Assembly (NCBI GenBank): GCA_026770705.1
Contig: JANJGN010000016.1
Coordinates: 86,676,001 to 86,740,000, forward strand
Length of the DNA: 64,000 nt
Source: Isurus oxyrinchus
Lineage: Eukaryota
Reading direction: 5' to 3'
The notes under the pieces are model-generated. The model saw nothing but the letters and a program-made list of their open reading frames with translations. It was not told where the DNA came from and searched no databases. Shown here piece by piece: positions 1 to 15,000 of the stretch (its first letter is position 1; the number at the start of each line of letters is the position of its first letter). Made by a program: the position numbers and the translations under genes.

Positions 1-3000
1 AAGTGTGATGTACCTGAGTACACAGACAGGATTGTGAAGTGTGATGTACCTGTGTACACATACTGGATTGTGAAGTGTGACATAGCTGAGTACACAGACT
101 GGAATGTGAATTATGATGCTCCTGAGTACACAAACTCGATTGTGAAGTGTGATGTACCTGTGCACACAGACTTGATTGTGAAGTGTGATGTTCCTGGGTA
201 CGCAGACTGTTTCGTGAAATATGCTGTACCTGAGTACACAGGCTGGGTTGTGAAGTGTGATGTACCTGAGTATGCAGACTTGATTGTGAAGTGTGACGTA
301 CCTGTTTACACAGACTGGATTGTGAAATATGATGTTCCCTAGTAGAGAGACTGGAGTGTGATGATTGGTATACCTGAGAGCACAAACTGGATTGTGAAGT
401 GTGATGTATCTGAGTACACAGAATGGAATGTAAGCTGTGATGAACCTGAGTACACAGACTGGATTATGAAGTGTGACGTAGCTGAGTTCACCGACTTGAT
501 TGTAAACTGTGGCGTCCCTGAGACAACAGGCAGGATTGTGAAGTGTGATTTACTGGACTACCACTGATTGGATTGTGAAGTGTGATGAACCTGAGTACAC
601 AGACTGGATTGTGATGTGTGGTGTACCTGATTTCACAGACTGGATTGTGAAGTGTGATTTATCTGAGTACACAAACTGGATTGTGAAGTGTGATGTACCT
701 GAGTACACAGACTGGATTGTGAAGTGTGGCATAGCTGAGTACACAGACAGGATTGTGAAGTGTGATGTACCTCAGTACACAGACTGTATTGTGAATTGTG
801 ATGTACCTGAGTACACAGACTGGATTGTGATGTGTGGTGTTCCTGAGTACACAAACTGGATTGTGAAGTGTGATGTACCTGAGTACACAGACTGGATTGT
901 GAAGTGTGATGTAGCTGAGTACACAGACTGGATTGTGAAATGTGATGTACCTCAGTACACAGGCTAGATTGTGAAGTGTGATGTACCTGAGTACACAGAC
1001 TGGATTGTGAAGTGTGAAGTACCTGTGTACACAGACTGGATTGTGAAATATGATGCACCTATTTATACAGACTGGATTGTGAAGTATGATGTTCCTGAGT
1101 AGAGAGACTGGAGTGTGATGATTGGTGTACCTGAGAGCACAAACTGGATTGTGAAGTGTGATATATCTGAGTACACAGAATGGATTGTGAAATGTGATGT
1201 ATCTGAGTACACAGAATGGATTGTGAAATGTGATGTATCTGAGTGCACAAAGTGGATTGTGAAATGTGATTTATCTGAGTACACAGCCTGGATTGTGAAG
1301 TGTGATGTACCTGAGTACACAGACTGGATTGTGAAGTGTGACGTGCCTGAGTACACAGACTGGATTGTGCAGTGTGATGTACCTGAGTACACAGACTGCA
1401 TTGTGAAGTGTCACGTAGCTGAGTACACAAAATGGATTGTGAAGTGTGACGTAGCTGAGTACACCGACTTGATTGTAAACTGTGACGTCCCTGAGTCCAC
1501 AGGCAGGATTGTGAAGTGTGATGTACCTGAGTAAACAAACTGGATTATGAAGTGTGATGTACCTGAGTACACAGACTTGATTGTGAAGTGTGATCAACCT
1601 GAGTACACAAACTGGATTGTGAAGTGTGATGTACCTGAGTACACAGACTGGATTGTGAAGTGTGACGTAGCTGAGTACACAGACTGGATTGTGAAGTGCA
1701 ATGTACCTGTGTACACAGACTGGATTGTGAAATATGATGCACCTGAGTACACAGACTGGATTGTGATGTCTGAGGCACCTGAGTATACAGACTGGATTGT
1801 GAAATGTGATGTACCCGATTACACAGACTAGATTGTGAAGTGTGATGAACCTGACTACACAGACTGGATTGTGAAGTTTGATGTACCTGAGTACACAGAC
1901 TGGATTGTGAAATGTGATGTACGTGAGTACACAGACTGGATTGTGAAATGTGATGTACCTGAGTACACAGACTAGATTGTGAAGTGTGATGAACCTGACT
2001 ACACAGACTGTATTGTGAAGTTTGATGTACCTGAGTATACAGTCTGGATTGTGAAATGTGATATACCTGAGTACACAGACTGGATTGTGATGTGTGGTGT
2101 ACCTAAGTACACAAACTGGATAGTGAAGTGTGGTGTACCTGATTACACAGACTGGATTGTGAAGTGTGATTTATCTGAGTACACAAACTGGATTGTGAAG
2201 TGTGATGTACCTGAGTACACAGACTGGATTGTGAAGTGTGACATAGCTGAGTACACAGACTGCATTGTGAAGTGTAATGTACCTGAGTACATAGACGGTA
2301 TTGTGAATTGTGATGTACCTGAGTACACAGACTGGATTGTGATGTGTGGTGTTCCTGAGTACACAAACGGGATTGTGAAATGTGATGTACCTCAGTACAC
2401 AGACTAGATTGTGAAGTGTGATGTACCTGAGTACACAGACTGGATTGTGAAATGTGATGTACGTGAGTACACAGACTGGATTGTGAAATGTGATGTACCT
2501 GAGTACACAGACTAGATTGTGAAGTGTGATGAACCTGACTACACAGACTGGATTGTGAAGTTTGATGTACCTGAGTACACAGTCTGGATTGTGAAATGTG
2601 ATATACCTGAGTACACAGACTGGATTGTGATGTGTGGTGTACCTGAGTACACAAACTGGATTGTGATGTGTGGTGTACCTGATCACACAGACTGGATTGT
2701 GAAGTGTGATTTATTTGAGTACACAAACTGGATTGTGAAGTGTGATGTACCTGAGTACACAGACTGGATTGTGAAGTGTGACATAGCTGAGTACACAGAC
2801 TGGATTATGAAGTGTGATGTACCTGAGTACATAGACGGTATTGTGAATTGTGATGTACCTGAGTACACAGACTGGATTGTGATGTGTGGTGTTCCTGAGT
2901 ACACAAACTGGATTGTGAAATGTGATGTACCTCAGTACACAGGCTAGATTGTGATGAGTGATGTACCTGTGTACACAGACTGGATTGTGAAATATGATGC

Positions 3001-6000
3001 ACCTATTTACACAGACTGGATTGTGAAGTATGATGTTTCTGAGTAGAGAGACTGGAGTGTGATGATTGGTGTACCTGAGTGCACAAAATGGATTGTGAAG
3101 TGTGATATACCTGAGTACACAGACTGGATTGTGACGTGTGATGTAACTGAGTACACAGACTGGATTGTGAAGTGTGATGTACCTGAGTACACAGACTGGA
3201 TTGTGAAGTGTGATGTACCTGAGTAATCATGCAGGATTGTGAAGTGTGATGTACCGGACTACCACAGATTGAATTGTGAAGTGTAATGTACCTGAGTACA
3301 CAGACTGGATTGTGAAGTGTGGTGTACCTGATTACACAGACTGGATTGTGAAGTGTGACGTAGCTGAGTACAGAGACTGGATTGTGAAGTGTGATGTACC
3401 TGAGTACACCGACTTGATTGTAAACTGTGACGTCCCTGAGTCCACAGACTGGATTGTGAAGTGTGATGTATCTGAGGACACAGGCTGGATTGTGAAGTGT
3501 GATGTACCTGAGTACACAGACTTGATTGTGAAGTGTGAAGTACCTGTGTACACAGACTGGATTGTGCAATATGATGCACCTATTTACACAGACCGGATTG
3601 TGAAGTATGATGTTCCTGAGTAGAGAGACTGGAGTGTGATGATTGGTGTACCTGAGTGCACAAACTGGATTGTGAAGTGTGATGTATCTGAGTACACAGA
3701 CTGGATTGTGAAGTGTGACGTAGCTGAGTACACAGACTGGATTGTGAAGTGCGATGTACCTGTGTACACAGACTGGATTGTGAAATATGATGCACCTGAG
3801 TACACAGAATGGATTGTGATGTCTGAGGCACCTGAGTATAGAGACTGGATTGTGAAATGTGATGTACCCGAGTACACAGACCGGATTGTGATGTGTGATG
3901 TACCTGAGTACACAGACTGGATTGTGAAATGTGATGTACGTGAGTACACAGACTGGATTGTGAAGTTTGATGTACCTGAGTACACAGTCTGGATTGTGAA
4001 ATGTGATATACCTGAGTACTCAGACTGGATTGTGATGTGTGGTGTACCTGAGTACACAAACTGGATTGTGATGTGTGGTGTACCTGATCACACAGACTGG
4101 ATTGTGATGTGTGATTTATTTGAGTACACAAACTGGATTGTGAAGTGTGATGTCCCTGAGTACACAGAATGGATTGTGAAGTGTGACATAGCTGAGTACA
4201 CAGACTGGATTGTGAAGTGTGATGAACCTGACTACACAGACTGGATTGTGAAGTTTGATGTACCTGAGTACACAGTCTGGATTGTGAAATGTGATATACC
4301 TGAGTACACAGACTGGATTGTGATGTGTGGTGTACCTGAGTACACAAACTGGATTGTGAAGTGTGATGTATCTGAGTACACAGACTGGAATGTAAGCTGT
4401 GATGTACCTGTGTGCACAGACTGGATTGTGAAGTGTGATGCACCTGTGTACACAGACTGGATTGTGAAGTGTGATGTACCTGAGTACACAGACTGGATTG
4501 TGAAGTGTGATCAACCAGAGTACACAGACTGGATTGTGAAGTGTGATGTACCTGAGTACACAGACTGGATTGTGAAGTGTGACGTAGCTGAATTCACCGA
4601 CTTGATTGTAAACTGTGACGTCCCTGAGACAACAGGCAGGATTGTGAAGTGTGATGTACCGGACTACCACAGATTGTATTGTGATGTGTGGTGTACCTGA
4701 TTACACAAACTGGATTGTGAAGTGTGATGTACCTGAGTACACAGACTGGATTGTGAAGTGTGATGTACCTGTGTACACAGACTGGATTGTGAAGTGTGAT
4801 GTACCTGAGTACACAGACTGGATTGTGAAGTGTGATGTACCTGTGTACACAGACTGGATTGTGAAGTGTGATGTACCTGAGTACACAGACTGGATTGTGA
4901 AGTGTGATGTACCTGTGTACACAGACTGGATTGTGAAATATGATGCACCTGAGTACACAGTCTGGATTTTGAAGTGTGATGTAACTTTGTACACAGACTG
5001 GATTGTGAAGTGTGATGTACCTGAGTAAACAGACGGGATTGTGAATTGTGATGTACCAGAATACACAGAATGGATTGTGAAGTGTGACTTAGCTGAGTAC
5101 ACAGACAGGGTTGTGAAGTGTGACGTACCTGTGTAGACAGACTGGATGGTGAAGTGTGATGTACCTGTGTACACAGACTTGATTGTGAATTATGATGCAC
5201 CAGAGTATACAGACTGGATTGTGAAATGTGATGTTCCTGAGTACACAGACTGGATTATGAAGTGTGACGTAGCTGAGTACACGAAATGGATTGTGAAGTG
5301 TGACGTAGCTGAGTTCACCGACTTGATTGTAAACTGTGACGTCCCTGAGACAACAGGCAGGATTGTGAAGTGTGATTTACTGGACTACCACTGATTGGAT
5401 TGTGAAGTGTGGTGTACCTGATTACACAAACTGGATTATGATGTGTGGTGTACCTGAGTACACAGACTGGATTGTGAAGTGTGATTTATCTGAGTACACA
5501 AACTGGATTGTGAAGTGTGATGTACCTGTGTACACAGACTGGATTGTGAAATATGATGCACCTATTTACACAGACTGGATTGTGAAGTATGATGTTCCTG
5601 AGTAGAGAGACTGGAGTGTGATGATTGGTGTACCTGAGTGCACAAAATGGATTGTGAAGTGTGATGTATCTGAGTACATAGAATGGAATGTAAACTGTGA
5701 TGTACCTGAGTACACAGACTGGATTGTGAAGTGTGATATACCTGAGTACACAGACTGGATTGTGAAGTGTGGTGTACCTGAGTACACAGACTGGATTGTG
5801 AAGTGTGATGTACCTGAGTACACAGACTGGATTGTGAAATGTGACGTACCTGAGTACACAGACTGCATTGTGAAGTGTGATGTACCTGAGTACACAGACT
5901 GCATTGTGAAGTGTGACGTAGCTGAGTACACAAAATGGATTGTGAAGTGTGACGTAGCTGAGTACACAAACTGGATTGTGAAGTTTGTTGTACCTGAGTA

Positions 6001-9000
6001 CACAGACTGGATTGTGAAATGTGATGTACCTGAGTACAGAGACCTGATTGTGAAATATGATGCACCTGAGTACACAGACTGGATTGTGAAGTGCGATGTA
6101 ACTGTTTACACAGACTGGATTGTGAAATATGATGTACCTAAGTACACAGACCGGATTGTGATGTCTGATTTACCTGAGTACACAGACTGGATTGTGAAAT
6201 GTGATGTACCTGAGTACACAGACTAGATTGTGAAGTGTGATGTGTCTGAGTACTCAGACTGGATTGTGAAATGTGATGTACCTGAGTACACAACCTGGAT
6301 TGTGAAATGTGATGTACGTGAGTACACAGACTGGATTGTGAAATGTGATGTACGTGAGTACACAGACTGGATTGTGAAATGTGATGTACCTGAGTACACT
6401 GTCTGGATTGTGAAATGTGATATACCTGAGTATACAGACTGGATTTTGATGTGTGGTGTACCTGAGTACACCAACTGGATTGTGAAGTGTGATATACCTG
6501 AGTACACAGACTGGATTGTGATGTGTGGTGTTCCTGGGTACACATACTGGATTGTGAAATGTTTTGTACCTCAGTACACAGACTAGATTGTGAAGTGTGA
6601 TGTACCTGAGTACACAGACTGGATTGTGAAATATGATGCACCTGAGTACACAAACTCGATTGTGAAGTGTGATGTACCTGTGTACACAGACTGGATGGTG
6701 AAGTGTGATGTTCCTGAGTACTCAGACTGTTTTGTGAAATACGATGTACCTGAGTACACAGGCTGGATTGTGAAGTGTGATGTATCTGAGTACACAGAAT
6801 AGAATGTAAACTGCGATGTACCTGAGTACACAGACTGGATTGTGAAGTGTGATGTACCTGAGTACACAGACTGGATTGTGAAGTGTGACGTAGCTGAGTA
6901 CACAAAATGGATTGTGAAGTGTGACGTAGCTGAGTTCACCGACTTGATTGTAAAGTGTGACGTCCCTGAGTCCACAGGCAGGATTGTGAAGTGTGATGTA
7001 CCGGACTACCACAGATTGGATCGTGAAGTGTGATGTACCTGAGTACACAGACTGGATTGTGAAATATGATGCACCTGAGTACACAAACTCGATTCTGAAG
7101 TGTGATGTACCTGTGTACACAGACTGGATTGTGAAGTGTGATGTTCCTGAGTACTCAGACTGTTTTGTGAAATATGATGTACCTGAGTACACAGGCTGGA
7201 TTGTGAAGTGTGATGTACCTGAGTACACAGAATAGAATGTAAACTGTGATGTTCCTGAGTACACAAAGTGGATTGTGAAATATGATGTACCTCAGTACAC
7301 AGACTAGATTGTGAAGTGTGATGTACCTGAGTACACAGACTGGATTGTGAAATATGATGCACCTGATACACAAACTCCATTGTGAAGTGTGATGTACCTG
7401 TGTACACAGACTGGATTGTGAATTGTGATGTTCCTGAGTTCTCAGACTGTTTTGTGAAATATGTGGTACCTGAGTACACAGGCTGGATTGTGAAGTGTGA
7501 TGTAACTGAGTACACAGAATAGAATGTAAACTGTGATGTACCTGAGTACACAGACTGGATTGTGAAGTGTGATGTACCTGAGTACTCATGCAGGATTGTG
7601 AAGTGTGGTGTACCTGAGTACACAAACTGGATTGTGAAGTGTGATGTACCTGAGTACACAGACTGGATTGTGAAGTGTGACGTAGCTGAGTACAAAAAAT
7701 GGATTGTGAAGTGTGACGAAGCTGAGTTCACGGACTTGATTGTACACTGTGACGTCCCTGAGTCCACAGGCAGGATTGTGAAGTGTGATGCACCTGTGTA
7801 CACAGACTGGATTGTGAAGTGTGATGTACCTGAGTACTCATGCAGGATTGTGACGTGTGATGTACCTGAGTATACAAACTGGATTGTGAAGTGTGACGTA
7901 CCTGAGTACACAGACTGGATTGTGAAGTGTGATGTACCTGAGTACACAGACTGGATTTTGAAGTGTGATGTAACTGTGTACACAGATTGGATTTTGAAGT
8001 GTGATGTTCCTGAGTCCAGAGAAGGGATTGTGAAATATGATGTACCTGAGTATACAGACGGGATGGTGAATTGTGATGTACCAGAGTACACAGACTGGAT
8101 TGTGAAGTGTGACTTAGCTGAGTACACAGACTGGATTGTGAAGTGTGATGTACCTGTGTACACAGACTGGATTGTGAAATATGATGCACCTGAGTACACA
8201 GACTGGATTGTGAAGTCTGATGTATCTGAGTATACAGAGTGGATTGTGAAATGTGATGTACCTGAGTACACAGACTGGATTGTGAAATATGATGTACCTG
8301 AGTACACAGACTTGATTGCGAAGTGTGAAGTACCTGTGTACACAGACTGGATTGTGAAGTGTGATGTACCTGAGTAGACAGACTGGATTGTGAAGTGTGA
8401 TGCACCTGTGTACACAGACTGGATTGTGAAATATGATGCACCTGAGTACACAGACTGGATTGTGAATTCTGATGTACCTGAGTTTACAGACTGGATTTGT
8501 GAATTGTGATGTACCTGAGTACACAGACTGGATTGTTAAATGTGATGTACCTGAGTACACAGACTGGATTGTGAAGTGTGACGTAGCTGAGTACACAAAA
8601 TGGATTGTGAAGTGTGACGTAGCTGAGTTCACCGACTTAATTGTAAACTGTGACGTCCCTGAGTCCACAGGCAGGATTGTGAAGTGTGATGTACCTCAGT
8701 ACACAGACTAGATTGTGAAGTGTGATGTACCTGAGTACACAGACTGGATTGTGAGATATGATGCACGTGAGTACACAAACTCGATTCTGAAATGTGATGT
8801 ACCTGTGTACACAGACTGGATTGTGAAGTGTGATGTTCCTGAGTTCTCAGAATGTTTTGTGAAATATGATGTACCTGAGTACACAGGCTGGATTGTGAAG
8901 TGTGATGTACCTGAGTACACAGAATAGAATGTAAACTGTGATGTTCCTGAGTACACAAACTGGATTGTGAAATGTGATGTACCTCAGCATACAGACTAGA

Positions 9001-12000
9001 TTGTGAAGTGTGATGTACCTGAGTACACAGACTCGATTGTGAAGTGTGATGTACCTGTGTACACAGACTGGATTGTGAATTGTGATGTTCCTGAGTACTC
9101 AGACTGTTTTGTGAAATATGTGGTACCTGAGTAGAAAGGCTGGATTGTGAAGTGTGATGTACCTGAGTACACAGACTGGATTGTGAAGTGCGATGCACCT
9201 GTGTACACAGCCATGTATTGTGAAGTGTGTTGTACCTGAGTAATCATGCAGGATTGTGAAGTGTGATGTACCTGAATACACAGACTGGATTGTGAAGTGT
9301 GATGTACCTGAGTACACAGACTAGATTGTGAAATATGATGCACGTGAGTACACAAACTCGATTCTGAAGTGTGATGTACCTGTGTACACAGACTGGATTG
9401 TGAAGTGTGATGTTCCTGAGTACTCAGATTGTTTAGTGAAATATGATGTACCTGAGTACAAAGGCAGGATTGTGAAGTGTGATGTACCTGAGTACACAGA
9501 ATAGAATGTGAACTGTGATGTTCCTGAGTACACAGACTGGATTGTGAAATATGATGCACCTGAGTACACAAACTCGATTGTGAAGTGTGATGTACCTGTG
9601 TACACAGACTGGATTGTGAATTGTGATGTTCCTGAGTACTCAGACTGTTTTGTGAAATATGATGTATCTGTATACACAGACTTGATTGTGAAATATGATG
9701 CACCGATTTACACAGATTGGATTGCGAAGTATGATGTTCCTGAGTAGAGAGACTGGAGTGTGATGATTGGTGTACCTGAGTGCACAAACTGGATTGTGAA
9801 GTGTGATGTATCTGAGTACACCAAATAGATTGTAAACTGTGATGTACCTGAGTACACAGACTGGATTATGAAGTGTGATGTACCTGAGTACTCATGCAGG
9901 ATTGTGAAGTGTAATGTACCTGAGTACACAGACTGGATTGTGAAATATGATGCACCTGAGTACACAGACTGGATTGTGAAGTCTGATGTACCTGAGTATA
10001 CAGACTGGATTGTGAAATGTGATGTACCTGAGTACAAAGACTGGATTGTGATGTGTGATGTACCTGAGTACACAGACTGGATTGTGAAGTGTGATGTACC
10101 TGAGTACACAGACTGGATTGTGAAATGTGATGTACCTGAGTACACAGACTGGATTGTGAAGTGTGATGTACCTGAGTACAGAGACTGGAATGTGAATTAT
10201 GATGCACCTGAGTGCACGAACTCGTTTGTGAAGTGTGATGTACCTGAGTATACAGACTGGATTGTGAAATGTGATGTACGTGAGTACACAGACTGGATTG
10301 TGAAATGTGATGTACCTGAGTACACAGACTGGATTGTGAAGTGTGATGAAACTGACTACACAGACTGGATTGTGAAGTGTGATGTACCTGAGTACACAGT
10401 CTGGATCGTGAAATGTGATCTCCCTGAGTACACAGACTGGATTGTGATGTGTGATGTCCCTGAGTGCACAGACTGGATTTTGAAAGGTGATATACCTGAG
10501 TACACAGACTGGATTGTGATGTGTGGTGTTCATGAGTACACAAACTGGATTGTGAAATGTGATGTACCTCAGTACACAGACTAGATTGTGAAGTGTGATG
10601 TACCTGAGTACACAGACTGGAATGTGAATTATGATGCTCCTGAGTACACAAACTCGATTGTGAAGTGTGATGTACCTGTGCACACAGACTTGATTGTGAA
10701 GTGTGATGTTCCTGGGTACGCAGACTGTTTTGTGAAATATGATGTACCTGAGTACACAGGCTGGGTTGTGAAGTGTGATGTACCTGAGTACACAGACTTG
10801 ATTGTGAAGTGTGACGTACCTGTTTACACAGACTGGATTGTGAAATATGATGTTCCTGAGTAGAGAGACTGGAGTGTGATGATTGGTATACCTGAGAGCA
10901 CAAACTGGATTGTGAAGTGTGATGTATCTGAGTACACAGAATGGAATGTAAGCTGTAATGAACCTGAGTACACAGACTGGATTATGAAGTGTGACGTAGC
11001 TGAGTTCACCGACTTGATTGTAAACTGTGGCGCCCCTGAGATAACAGGCAGGATTGTGAAATGTGATTTACTGGACTACCACTGATTGGATTGTGAAGTG
11101 TGATGAACCTGAGTACACAGACTGGATTGTGATGTGTGGTGTACCTGATTTCACAGACTGGATTGTGAAGTGTGATTTATCTGAGTACACAAACTGGATT
11201 GTGAAGTGTGATGTACCTGAGTACACAGACTGGATTGTGAAGTGTGACATAGCTGAGTACACAGACAGGATTGTGAAGTGTGATGTACCTCAGTACACAG
11301 ACTGTATTGTGAATTGTGATGTACCTGAGTACACAGACTGGATTGTGATGTGTGGTGTTCCTGAGTACACAAACTGGATTGTGAAATGTGATGTACCTCA
11401 GTACACAGGCTAGATTGTGAAGTGTGATGTACCTGAGTACACAGACTGGATTGTGAAGTGTGATGTACCTGAGTATTCATGCAGGATTGTGAAGTGTGAT
11501 GTACCTGAGTACACAGGCTGGATTGTGATGTGTGGTGTACCTGATTACACAGACTGGATTGTGAAGTGTGAAGTACCTGTGTACACAGACTGGATTGTGA
11601 AATATGATGCACCTATTTACACAGACTGGATTGTGAAGTATGATGTTCCTGAGTAGAGAGACTGGAGTGTGATGATTGGTGTACCTGAGTGCACAAAATG
11701 GATTGTGAAGTGTGATGTATCTGAGTACATAGAATGGAATGTAAACTGTGATGTACATGAGTACACAGACTGGATTGTGAAGTGTGACGTGCCTGAGTAC
11801 ACAGACTGGATTGTGAAGTGTGATGTACCTGAGTACAGAGACTGGATTGTGAAGTGTCACGTAGCTGAGTACACAGACTTGATTGTAAACTGTGACGTCC
11901 CTGAGTCCACAGGCAGGATTGTGAAGTGTGATGTACCGGACTACCACTGATTGGATTGTGAAGTGTGATGAACCTGAGTACACAAACTGGATTGTGAAGT

Positions 12001-15000
12001 GTGACGTAGCTGAGTACACAGACTGGATTGTGAAATATGATGCACCTGAGTACACAGAATGGATTGTGATGTCTGAGGCACCTGAGTATACAGACTGGAT
12101 TGTGAAATGTGATGTCCCCGAGTACACAGACTAGATTGTGAAGTGTGATGAACCTGACTACACAGACTGGATTGTGAAGTTTGATGTACCTGAGTACATA
12201 GACTGGATTGTGAAGTGTGATGTACCTGAGTACACAGACTAGATTGTGAAGTGTGATGAACCTGACTACACAGACTGGATTGTGAAGTTTGATGTACCTG
12301 AGTACACAGACTGGATTGTGAAATGTGATGTACGTGAGTACACAGACTGGATTGTGAAATGTGATGTACCTGAGTACACAGACTAGATTGTGAAGTGTGA
12401 TGAACCTGACTACACAGACTGTATTGTGAAGTTTGATGTACCTGAGTATACAGTCTGGATTGTGAAATGTGATATACCTGAGTACACAGACTGGATTGTG
12501 ATGTGTGGTGTACCTAAGTACACAAACTGGATTGTGAAGTGTGGTGTACCTGATTACACAGACTGGATTGTGAAGTGTGATTTATCTGAGTACACAGACT
12601 GGATTGTGAAGTGTGACATAGCTGAGTACACAGACTGCATTGTGAAATGTGATGTACCTGAGTACACAGACTGGATTGTGAAGTGTGATGTACCTGAGTA
12701 CAGAGACTGGAATGTGAATTATGATGCACCTGAGTGCACGAACTCGATTGTGAAGTGTGATGTACCTGAGTATACAGACTGGATTGTGAAATGTGATGTA
12801 CGTGAGTACACAGACTGGATTGTGAAATGTGATGTACCTGAGTACACAGACTGGATTGTGAAGTGTGATGAAACTGACTACACAGACTGGATTGTGAAGT
12901 GTGATGTACCTGAGTACACAGTCTGGATCGTGAAATGTGATCTCCCTGAGTACACAGACTGGATTGTGATGTGTGATGTCCCTGAGTGCACAGACTGGAT
13001 TTTGAAAGGTGATATACCTGAGTACACAGACTGGATTGTGATGTGTGGTGTTCATGAGTACACAAACTGGATTGTGAAATGTGATGTACCTCAGTACACA
13101 GACTAGATTGTGAAGTGTGATGTACCTGAGTACACAGACTGGAATGTGAATTATGATGCTCCTGAGTAAACAAACTCGATTGTGAAGTGTGATGTACCTG
13201 TGCACACAGACTTGATTGTGAAGTGTGATGTTCCTGGGTACGCAGACTGTTTTGTGAAATATGATGTACCTGAGTACACAGGCTGGGTTGTGAAGTGTGA
13301 TGTACCTGAGTACACAGACTTGATTGTGAAGTGTGACGTACCTTTTTACACAGACTGGATTGTGAAATATGATGTTCCTGAGTAGAGAGACTGGAGTGTG
13401 ATGATTGGTATACCTGAGAGCACAAACTGGATTGTGAAGTGTGATGTATCTGAGTACACAGAATGGAATGTAAGCTGTAATGAACCTGAGTACACAGACT
13501 GGATTATGAAGTGTGACGTAGCTGAGTTCACCGACTTGATTGTAAACTGTGGCGCCCCTGAGACAACAGGCAGGATTGTGAAATGTGATTTACTGGACTA
13601 CCACTGATTGGATTGTGAAGTGTGATGAACCTGAGTACACAGACTGGATTGTGATGTGTGGTGTACCTGATTTCACAGACTGGATTGTGAAGTGTGATTT
13701 ATCTGAGTACACAAACTGGATTGTGAAGTGTGATGTACCTGAGTACACAGACTGGATTGTGAAGTGTGACATAGCTGAGTACACAGACAGGATTGTGAAG
13801 TGTGATGTACCTCAGTACACAGACTGTATTGTGAATTGTGATGTACCTGAGTACACAGACTGGATTGTGATGTGTGGTGTTCCTGAGTACACAAACTGGA
13901 TTGTGAAATGTGATGTACCTCAGTACACAGGCTAGATTGTGAAGTGTGATGTACCTGAGTACACAGACTGGATTGTGAAGTGTGATGTACCTGAGTATTC
14001 ATGCAGGATTGTGAAGTGTGATGTACCTGAGTACACAGGCTGGATTGTGATGTGTGGTGTACCTGATTACACAGACTGGATTGTGAAGTGTGAAGTACCT
14101 GTGTACACAGACTGGATTGTGAAATATGATGCACCTATTTACACAGACTGGATTGTGAAGTATGATGTTCCTGAGTAGAGAGACTGGAGTGTGATGATTG
14201 GTGTACCTGAGTGCACAAAATGGATTGTGAAGTGTGATGTATCTGAGTACATAGAATGGAATGTAAACTGTGATGTACATGAGTACACAGACTGGATTGT
14301 GAAGTGTGACGTGCCTGAGTACACAGACTGGATTGTGAAGTGTGATGTACCTGAGTACACAAACTGGATTGTGAAGTGTCACGTAGCTGAGTACACAGAC
14401 TGGATTGTGAAGTGTCACGTAGCTGAGTACACAGACTGGATTGTGAAGTGTCACGTAGCTGAGTACACAGACTTGATTGTAAACTGTGACGTCCCTGAGT
14501 CCACAGGCAGGATTGTGAAGTGTGATGTACCGGACTACCACTGATTGGATTGTGAAGTGTGATGAACCTGAGTACACAGACTGGATTGTGAAGTGTGACG
14601 TAGCTGAGTACACAGACTGGATTGTGAAATATGATGCACCTGAGTACACAGAATGGATTGTGATGTCTGAGGCACCTGAGTATACAGACTGGATTGTGAA
14701 ATGTGATGTCCCCGAGTACACAGACTAGATTGTGAAGTGTGATGAACCTGACTACACAGACTGGATTGTGAAGTTTGATGTACCTGAGTACATAGACTGG
14801 ATTGTGAAGTGTGATGTACCTGAGTACACAGACTAGATTGTGAAGTGTGATGAACCTGACTACACAGACTGGATTGTGAAGTTTGATGTACCTGAGTACA
14901 CAGACTGGATTGTGAAATGTGATGTACGTGAGTACACAGACTGGATTGTGAAATGTGATGTACCTGAGTACACAGACTAGATTGTGAAGTGTGATGAACC